Below are positions 55,481-64,000 of a stretch of DNA of 64,000 bases, in pieces (position 1 is the stretch's first letter; every line of letters starts with the position of its first letter). Position numbers and translations under genes: made by a program. The DNA comes from Tetramitus jugosus (lineage: Eukaryota; Protista; Heterolobosea): the NCBI GenBank assembly GCA_937625935.1, contig OW569352.1, forward strand, positions 548,712-612,711. The letters run 5' to 3'. The notes beneath the pieces are model-generated. The model worked only from the letters and a program-made list of their open reading frames with translations. It did no database searches and was not told the origin of the DNA.

Positions 55481-56600
55481 TAGGGGTTAAGAATTTGGAA
55501 TGAACATTCTCCACAATCGAATGTAGACAAGATAGAGTGCTAAGTGACATTTGGGATGAGTGTTTGAACCAAATATTGACCTGAATGAATACCAACGCCT
55601 CCAAAAGAATCTCAGATCAGACAGACATACCATCATTCTTTTGATGAGTTGCAGAGGATCCGCAGATTCTTTCAATTCGAATCTCCTTTGAGGCTCTCTT
55701 GCTTGTTTGTTTCGATAATATTACTCAATACTGCACCGATTCTTACGATACTAACTACTACAACAATTCCTTTAAATCTGTTGTTTACAAGAAATACCGG
55801 AGAACTACCGAAGAAATTTGCGCTCCCTCACCCAGAAGTAATAGAGCGTTGGGTGTAACAACGATGCTCTTGGAGATGTTTCTGATGGAAGGAAGAAGGC
55901 ATCTTTAATTCAAGATAAGAGAGAAAGTGCTGAGAAAAATTGTGAGATGGATGCTGCTAGACAAAACGCGAATTCAGTTCAACATTTGGTTGAAACAGTG
56001 TTGAATTCGTGGTGTTGGGTGCTCCGCTATCTTGCGTTTTGTGAGACATTGACAAAGTTCAAATCCTCGTCAGTCTTTGAAACTCAGACATCACAGTAAA
56101 CCTTTCACTCTAGGAAGTTCAGAGAGGGGAAACAACGAAGGTTGTAGGACAATGTTCATGGACAACAAATTCAGGAGCATGTTCTCTAGCTGCAGTATGA
56201 GCTACTTGTGCAGTGTCTGCTTTCGAAAACAGGATTCATCAGAGGTTCAACTTTGAACTTATCATTGCCAAACTTTCTCAGAGTATTCTTGATATCAAGA
56301 GGGAATTCTTCAATAAAATGAAATGATGTTGAAATTCTTAAATAGACAGAGGTAATCTTTTAATCTTGAGATATAAGGCGGGACAGACTCAATGTCGATG
56401 AATCGGAAGATAATTCAGTTCCTCCCACTGAACAAGTAGACTCAGTAACTGATGGTCACTGTTCCCTTTCTGTTACACCTGTCGTTTCTAGAAAGGATAG
56501 GAGAAGACGACCTAGACCTCAGAGAACAGATCCAGTGAGTCCAGCCGGCACTTCTCCTCTCTCAAAACTAACGAGAAAAGAGTAGGATGCCGAAAATAAG
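55480..56600 (-). pseudogene. Decayed paralogue of the tyrosine recombinase at 60137
   Basis: Minus-strand LRKFGNDKFKVEPLMN (~56235-56282) versus IRKYGNSKFKVCPLLN, followed in colinear order by HTAARE/HVGWRG, VSQN/VAQN, EGAQ/EGAQ and RWYSFRSI/RYTMRSL. Confidence 0.65.
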
Positions 56601-56937
56601 TCTGGTTTGTTTGATTCCGTACCCAAGCAGCGAGCGGAGAATTAACCCGAAGGCGACAACTCTTTTCCCATTTTCTACTGCCTGCAGAGCAGATGGGTTC
56701 TCAATGGTCACATTCCAGTTATGTGGATCAAAACGCTGTTTTGTACGTATAATAATACAATGTATATAATACAATATTACTATTTCTTCTCGTCCGGATA
56801 TCGAACAAAGATGTGGTTTGTTTGTGAAAAAAATTTTTATGTCATTCAACCAAAAAACCACCAGACATTTTTATGTCAAGTCTCCCCTACACGTGTGAAA
56901 GATCTGTTAATAAAGTGTAATACAGTGGCATCCCGAT

Positions 56938-57009
56938 CGCAATCTGCCGGGATTCGAACCCGGGTCGCAGCGATGGCAACGCTGCATGATACCCCTACAC
57001 TACAGATGC
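56938..57009 (-). tRNA. trnG-GCC: tRNA-Gly(GCC) with an altered 3' acceptor strand (possible pseudogene or insertion-site remnant)
   Basis: GCATCTG TA GTGTAGGGGTATCAT G CAGCG TTGCCAT CGCTG CGAC CCGGG TTCGAAT CCCGG CAGAT(T)GC. Anticodon and T arms are perfect; there is an extra T in the acceptor 3' strand. Confidence 0.85.
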
Positions 57010-57699
57010 CCATATCACAGCTAGATCTTGCTTAAGAATTTTAGTAGTCCCAAAGAATTTATTGAATGGTTCAATTGCAGAAATATGTTGAATGGTGCGC
57101 AAGATGGATTTGATACGACGCACAAGATGTGGTGCTGGTGGGAGCCGGTAAGTCCAGTGTTGAGGAGATTACAAAATGGGCTGGACATTATGCGGACCTG
57201 AGACAATTCGGCGATATCAATAAAAAAGGACCTAGCTGAGGTATTACTGGGCATAACTCCGATGAACAATACCACAACGAGAAAGTACGTTCACCATACT
57301 CAAGATCCTATCTACCTCTCATCGAACGAAACATCATAACACAGAGAAGAAATTATTGAGGAAACTAACTAATACTTCAACCACATTATGAATCAATCAT
57401 CAAAATCTGGGATATCTCAGTAAACACATTATTAAGACCTCGACCAACAAAAGTACATTCTCCACAACAAAGTGAAATGACCCTCTTCCTTTGACCTCCA
57501 CCACACCTAAGGAGCACAACTCAAATCAACAAGGAGGATCTATTGTGAAATGAAGGACAATTGATTTTAGCTTAGCCTTGCTTCACATGATTACCAGAGA
57601 GATTAATATTACAAGATGAGCTAAAGCACGTGCGTAGAGTGATTCTTTTCAGTTTATTCCTTTTCAATTAGGTGAAATATTTGTTTAGGAGGTTGGTAC

Positions 57700-58700
57700 A
57701 GGGGCTATCAGGACTGGAGTCGAACCGTCCGGTTCCCTATTATCATAAACTTAATGGAGATTTGGAGGTTCAACGAAAAAGTCAGGTTCAGGGTCTACAG
57801 ACACAAATCAGACAGTAACGAAACAAACTCATCATCAAGTAGTAATGAACAAGAGATCCCCAAGTTTGCCGTCAAGAGTTTACAAGATTCTCAGCTTCTA
57901 TCCAAGATATGACGAAGATGTCCTTGTTCTTGTGACCTTAGTGCTTGATGAAGAAGAAGAATCTTTGAAACCTAGAGGGCATTACACAGCTTTCAAGAAG
58001 GCTTAAGGAAACCGCATCAGCATGGAAGGCATCAAGACTGAGGATCTCAATTTTGGTTGTTTCATGATTTTGCTCCACATTTGGATCAATGAGAAACGTC
58101 CAGATGATCAGCCTTTGAATATTGGAGTTCCTGAAAACTTAATCAAAGATGGAACTCGTTAGTTCGTCAAGTGTCAAACGACTCATTTTCAGGGTATCCT
58201 GGATAACTGGATAACATCAAGGAACGTCTCAGTGATTTGTTGATCGTATGCATACAATTATTTAAAAAATATATTTTTAGGGGAGATGGATGGGGTTACC
58301 GTTACACTTTACACTCTTTTAAAAGGATGAGTTTGTCTCTGACTCGGAAAACAAAGAATGTACAACCAATCACTAACATACCAACCCAGTGGATGGACAG
58401 TTTGCGAACAAGTGGATGACACAATTGAAAGATGTTGAACTCTACGCTAATGATGTAGATGGGGTAGTGATTTTATTGTATTTGCTATGTTATCCCCGGC
58501 TTCAAGCCGAGTAAAGACTAACGATCAACGCGTATTCGATGTTAAATCAAGGTGAGAGCAAGTCACGCTAAATGTCGCACATCTTTACTCATTTTTTACT
58601 TGTTCGAAATGATGAAGAAAACTATGATTCGGTTGTCACTCGTCTGCGGATCTTCAATCGATATGCCAAATTTGAGTGGATAGCAAATGACAGGAATAAA
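57700..58700 (+). pseudogene. Possible decayed YR-family remnant
   Basis: Fragments PKFAVKSL, RISMEGIKTEDLNF, CIQLFKKYIFRG and DSVVTRLRIF..WIAND are loosely colinear with the intact YR; DNA homology to 62536-62785. Confidence 0.3.
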
Positions 58701-59235
58701 GGTCGACAATCCTCAGAATTGCAAAAAAATACACGTATTTTTTGAATTTAATAGTCCAACTTCAAATTTCAGCCATCAGTACAATGAAAATATCTCCAAA
58801 AAACAAAACAAACTGGTCCTTTATGTCATTGCTGTGTAAACGACAATTTTTTTAAAATTGGATAATGTCGTAAAAATCTACGAAGGTCAAAAAAAATTCA
58901 ATGTCACATTTTTTCTTCTGTGCAAAATTAACATCCGTGTTGGTGAAGTCCTGGAGGTTTTTTTGTGCTTTTTTTGGGCTTTGTTGTTCTTTTTTAGTTC
59001 TTCCTTCATTGAGCTTTTTCTTGTGAAACTGACCACACCGGCGTGTTGCTCGTGGTCAGTTCGAGGTGCTGACCACCATTTATATAATTGTTTCCAATTT
59101 TTTATGGATGATGAACTTAACTTGGCACGTGTAACGAGTAGCTGCACAAATAAACAAAGTTTTTCCTTCCGGATCTCGGAGTTTTGATCAAAAACAAACG
59201 CAATCAAACCAAATCACAAGGTCATCAACTGCATC

Positions 59236-60131
59236 ATGTTTACAAGTACTGAAACTAACTCAATTTCTTTTATTGTTTCTAGTGATATTAGAGAGAAGTT
59301 ACCAACAACTGGTAATAAACTTGTTATCATCTCCAAAGTTGGTAACAACTTCTTCATCGGTGAAGATAAAGAAGGAGTGAAGGAGGTGAGTAAGGAGATT
59401 GAAGACTTGAAGCAAAAATTGGAGGAAGAGAAAACTTCCAATAGTGACCTTACAAGCCAACTAAGAGATGCTTTATTGAATCTCAACAACAAAAAGCAAG
59501 AGATTGAGAAGCTCTCTGAACTGTGAAGAATTGGAGATTGAAATTCCACCAACTGAGTCTGCAAAGAAGGCTTTGAATTGGCTGGAGAAATCTCTGGTCA
59601 TTGTGGAGACTGAGGAAAGGCCTCCCAATTCTCAAGAAACGGTTGGTCAAATGGCCAAAATGAGTGACCATGAGTTTGAACGACTCCGAAAACACGTGTC
59701 CATCGTTGCGTGTATGAGATATGCGATTCGGAAGAGGGAGACCGGAGAGGAGGGAACTGAAGAGTTTCCTAAGATAGATCCGAGTCGGAGAGTTCTTGGT
59801 CCATTTAACCCTTGTCTTCAATGAGAGAAGTTCAAATTTGGAGACTACTTCCATTATGAGAAGTCCAAAATTGAGGGTAGAATCTATGACCGCTTTAGAA
59901 GCCTTCCCCTATTGGGTCATGTCCCAACATAGTCCTTCTACAATTGATGATAACATCAAGAAGGAATTGTTGTCTCAGGATAGAATGCCTTCCAGAATTA
60001 GACAACTCCTTATTAAGCTGAGAGAAAATGGAGACGATAGTGCCACGTCACCTTCCACCTCTACCTCTGGTGGTTCCAAGAGACGAAGCTCGTCCAGCGG
60101 TCCCAAAAAAAAAAAGAGTAAAACCAACTAA
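59236..60131 (+). pseudogene. Frameshifted coiled-coil ORF upstream of, or N-terminal to, the YR
   Basis: Three overlapping ORFs (59236-59526, 59504-59824, 59796-60131) read as one protein with single-base indels; ACTAAC..TTCTAG splice acceptor at ~59254-59282; NLS-like PKKKKSK. Confidence 0.55.
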
Positions 60132-60136
60132 TCTCA

Positions 60137-62407
60137 ATGACAATAGAAGAAGAGTACTCCAATCAGTTGGAAAGAATAAAAAAGTCTCCTTCTCATCCTT
60201 TTGTTTCTAATGGTCTAATCATTGTTGAAGACTCTTTCGAAACGCAAGAGGTTGATGGTCCAACGATGGAAGACATTGACAAGGAGCTTTCAATGTTGGC
60301 GGGAAAAACAGGAATAAAGAAGGTGACTGATGACCTATCGGTTAATCCTATCAAGAGAATGGAGAAAACAGACCGAGGGGAAGATTTTTGCCGTCAAGTG
60401 ACCGTCAGCATCGATGAGAACCAATCAATTGAGGATCAAATGATTCAATTGATGAATCTATTAGAGTTATCCAAAGCTCCTGGTACAAAACTGGTTCAAG
60501 CCTATGCCTGGAGGAGTTGGATTAGCTGGCTAAAGGAACAAGAAAACAATCACTCAGAGTTGACAACAGTTGACCCATACAACCCAAACAAGTTTGTAGT
60601 TGGGTTATATCTCTTGCATATGCGAGTGATACACAAGTACAGTCATAGTACGGTTGTCAACTGTTTCTGGAATCAACTTTGTTCGGTTTTGAAGGAAGAA
60701 AGAGCAATCGACTTGAAGAATGAGATGAAGGATTTTATCCATAAACTCTTCCGAGCTTTGATACGAAAGTACGGTAACTCTAAGTTTAAAGTGTGCCCAT
60801 TGCTCAACAATGATTTAGAAAAATGGCAGAAAAAATTGCACAAGAGAGACAACAGAGAACCACAAATTAAGTTGAGAGCTCTCATAATGTTTGGTAGACA
60901 TGTTGGGTGGAGAGGAGACACTCTTTCCTATATGAAATTGAGACACATCACCTTTTCAAGTTTGAAGAACGATGAACATCTGTATTTAGTTGCCCAAAAT
61001 GTGGGATACAAGAACAAAGGTGTTGGAGGACATGAGTTGAGAAATACTGTATACGGCAGTAGTGACTTGAATCGATGTCCAGTGTTTGCACTTCTTTGGT
61101 ACCTCTTTCACATCAGGAAGGTTTTTGTTTCACCAACGTTAGAGGAAGTGATCAATTCAGGTGATTATAGATTAGTTGAAGGAGCCCAAGACGAATTTTT
61201 GTTCACCCAATCGACTAGTGAACAACCAATGACATCCAAAGATATGTCAAACTTGATGAAAAAAAGTTCTGCAGAGGAATTGAAATGCAGATACACTATG
61301 AGATCATTGCGAAGTGGTCATATCTGTCAAGCACTCCTAACTAGCATCTTGAGATACGGTATCATTAAGGACAGTGTAAGACAGGCAATCAAGAGGCATG
61401 TGGGTTGGAACTCAGATGAATCAATCGACGCGTATGAACGAATGTCAATATTCTGTTCTCAAAATGTCGCCAACCTACAAGATCTTCAGCAACACACAGA
61501 TGCACAAGAACTGGTCAAATATTTCTGGAAAATGGATCAACCACAACCAAACAGTCTCACACCAATCAGAACCACAATGAGGCAAGTGCGAAGATCCTCG
61601 GTGCATCCTAAGAAGTCTCCATCATCAGTTACAAAGTATGTCTCATTCAGAAGTGTCAAGAAGAGAATTTTAGCACTGAGACCAAACTTGAAAAAGGTTT
61701 GCGAAGAAGAGGATTTATCAACAACAGGTAAGAAACATCAAACAACATGGATGACTTATCATCAAAAGTACATCAGGAAATGGTGTGAAAGTGCGGACGA
61801 ATGCAGAGAAATCTTGAATCAAAATAAGGAATATCTTTATGGTAGTTCTGATCAGAAGTCATCTGTACTTCTAAATGTTGGGAAGAAAATGTTCATCAAA
61901 CTGGCTGTTGGCTCTCAACAAGATGAATATATCAAGAAGGTATTTTATGAAGACTATAGAAGGAAAGACAAACAAAATGATAGAGAAGAACCCAATAGCC
62001 CGGCAGCAAGTAGATTCCTTCCTAGAGGAGTGAAAAGAAAACTTAACTTTGTCGCAGAGCCTGATGAACCAGAAGAGAACATACTTCAATATCCGCGCAT
62101 TCATATCCCATCGTTCAACAGACCAACCAATCCTATTTTCATGACTGAACTGCAAACTCAAGATTCACCCAAGCCAACAAGCAACGAACATGAGACCCAT
62201 GAGAGAAGCAATAATCAAGAAGATGAGATGGAATTGAATGAAGTCGAACGTCAACAACAACCAATGGATGATACAGATGACATACCTCAACAATTTCAGA
62301 ATGAGCAAGCACCAACCTCCTTCGATGATTACATTAGCGAGCGAGAGTACTTGGGTTGGGTTTGGGTTTGGGTCTGTCTTGTTGTTAAGGAAAACCCGAG
62401 AATTTAG
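60137..62407 (+). mobile_element. Tyrosine recombinase (Crypton/DIRS-type YR) ORF, 756 aa, uninterrupted
   Basis: SAM-like core-binding region (APGTKLVQAYAWRSWISWL; YSHSTV); catalytic R (GRHVGWRGD); K (YKNK); RCPVFALLWYL; xSLRSG box (RSLRSGH); HVGW; Tyr (IDAYER). Confidence 0.88.
62351..62373 (+). repeat. Interstitial telomere-repeat tract inside the 3' end of the YR ORF
   Basis: TTGGGTTGGGTTTGGGTTTGGGT, translated as GWVWVWV; same orientation as the terminal array. Confidence 0.9.
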
Positions 62408-62929
62408 CTGTATTTGGTATCAGAGCGTTGAAATTTACAGTTTAGTGTAAAAACAAAATTTAGTTCGGTTGAGTTGTGGCTTATAGGTTGAGGGAGTAAA
62501 AAGAAGACATATAGGACAAGGGTTGAATGGATTTTGGAGTCTATTATCAGATCGGAGATATTGAGGTTCAACGAACAGGGAGGTTCACGGTCCAGGACCG
62601 TGAAATGATTTCCTGTATTTCATCTCAGGTCATTTGTCAGTGGAGCTTTTTGGATCCAGCAAAGAATTTCGACCAATGAGCGAAGTGATTACAACGAATT
62701 CAGAAGGAATACAATACAGCAACATGAATATAACAGAAGACTTGTGAAGGAGTTCAACCTGAAATACAATGGCAGTCAATAGTTAACTATATTTTGTCTT
62801 GATCATGATCTGTGACTACTAATTACGATTTATAGATACGCCGCAACCTGATTTTTAAGTAGTTTGATTTGATGTCTTTCTGATCTATCTGTACTAAAGT
62901 GCAAGTGCTTCTGTTGAAAAGCAGATTTC

Positions 62930-63153
62930 GGTTGCATCGACCTCCAACCAGCATATAAACCCAAATCCCACCCTTTTTTACTTTTTGATTGTATATCTAC
63001 AGAATAGGTCGTAGGGGACTCTGTAGTCATTCAATGAATCTTCAATTGAATCTCTGTTGAATCGCGAACTAATTATGTCAAAAGTACATTTAGGGTTGAC
63101 TTCTCCTCCAACCAGTGTATAAACCCTTACCCAACCTTTTTTCTTTTTGACTG
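62930..63153 (-). repeat. Pair of ~60 bp degenerate direct repeats (~62930-62992, ~63094-63153), probably a coding remnant
   Basis: CCTCCAACCAG..ATAAACCC..CCTTTTTT.CTTTTTGA.TGT occurs twice. On the minus strand the copies read QSKSKKGWDLGLYAGWR versus QSKRKKGW..GLYTGWR, with third-position differences. Confidence 0.75.
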
Positions 63154-63227
63154 TTCAGGACTCAGAGCATTTCTACGTCAAAATTATCATATCTGTTCGT
63201 TATCTATTGGTTCTGAAGTTATTTACA

Positions 63228-64000
63228 TGGGTTTGGGTTTGGGTTTGGGTTTGGGTTTGGGTTTGGGTTTGGGTTTGGGTTTGGGTTTGGGTTTGGGTTT
63301 GGGTTTGGGTTTGGGTTTGGGTTTGGGTTTGGGTTTGGGTTTGGGTTTGGGTTTGGGTTTGGGTTTGGGTTTGGGTTTGGGTTTGGGTTTGGGTTTGGGT
63401 TTGGGTTTGGGTTTGGGTTTGGGTTTGGGTTTGGGTTTGGGTTTGGGTTTGGGTTTGGGTTTGGGTTTGGGTTTGGGTTTGGGTTTGGGTTTGGGTTTGG
63501 GTTTGGGTTTGGGTTTGGGTTTGGGTTTGGGTTTGGGTTTGGGTTTGGGTTTGGGTTTGGGTTTGGGTTTGGGTTTGGGTTTGGGTTTGGGTTTGGGTTT
63601 GGGTTTGGGTTTGGGTTTGGGTTTGGGTTTGGGTTTGGGTTTGGGTTTGGGTTTGGGTTTGGGTTTGGGTTTGGGTTTGGGTTTGGGTTTGGGTTTGGGT
63701 TTGGGTTTGGGTTTGGGTTTGGGTTTGGGTTTGGGTTTGGGTTTGGGTTTGGGTTTGGGTTTGGGTTTGGGTTTGGGTTTGGGTTTGGGTTTGGGTTTGG
63801 GTTTGGGTTTGGGTTTGGGTTTGGGTTTGGGTTTGGGTTTGGGTTTGGGTTTGGGTTTGGGTTTGGGTTTGGGTTTGGGTTTGGGTTTGGGTTTGGGTTT
63901 GGGTTTGGGTTTGGGTTTGGGTTTGGGTTTGGGGTTTGGGTTTGGGTTTGGGTTTGGGTTTGGGTTTGGGTTTGGGTTTGGGGGTTGGGTTTGGGTTTGG
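63228..64000 (+). repeat. Telomere (TTTGGG)n
   Basis: About 770 bp of near-perfect TTTGGG hexamers running to the window end, with the G-rich strand 5'->3' toward the end. Confidence 0.98.

Noticed and set aside
55810-55890. NISKS..LLLGEG read as the PLE RT N-terminal 'NLS..LLxKG' motif
   Set aside because: It fits better as part of the colinear YR remnant (EGAQ is identical to the intact YR), although this remains ambiguous.
56205-56250. Hammerhead-like CTGATGA..GAAA-GCAG-ACA-CTGC on the minus strand
   Set aside because: Stem II does not pair, the conserved U before the cleavage site is missing and there is no stem I. The same bases encode the YR remnant (EPLMNPVFES).
60102-60121. Programmed -1 frameshift at A AAA AAG joining the upstream ORF to the YR
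   Set aside because: The -1 frame hits TAA at 60119 immediately after the slippery run.
63900-64000. Variant telomere units (GGGG, TTTT, GGGGG)
   Set aside because: Isolated homopolymer-length changes at the contig end are more likely consensus errors.

Overview
This is the right-hand end of a eukaryotic chromosome from a standard-code, intron-poor protist. The introns have GTATGT/GTAAGT donors and (A/G)CTAAC branch points, and the proteins carry poly-N/T/Q/D tracts. A heterolobosean-like organism is my inference, not a proven identification. Bases 1 to ~50.3 kb form a very compact block of about 25 genes: LEA-like, F-box, omega-3/delta-12 desaturase, pecanex, EMC8/9, a Myb plus SUZ12-like protein, BDP1, a single-domain cation channel, AK8-like, NDK, two PPR proteins, SCYL2, a chromodomain protein, HPRT, ABHD13, Ariadne, a T4 Rnl1-type RNA ligase, NR2C2AP, RPA34-like and a P4-ATPase. 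From ~50.5 kb the sequence becomes a decayed subtelomere ending in a (TTTGGG)n telomere at 63228-64000. The most interesting part is this subtelomere. It holds one intact 756-aa tyrosine recombinase (YR) ORF that runs into an internal telomere-repeat tract, plus one clear and up to three probable decayed paralogues of that YR. It also holds a tRNA-Gly gene with a disrupted 3' acceptor next to a YR remnant, and a 5'-truncated Penelope-like RT that directly abuts the co-oriented YR remnant and ends in a hairpin-rich 3' region. Together these suggest a telomere- or tRNA-associated YR mobile element family, possibly linked to a Penelope-type RT. All motif matches were made by eye; no database search was run.
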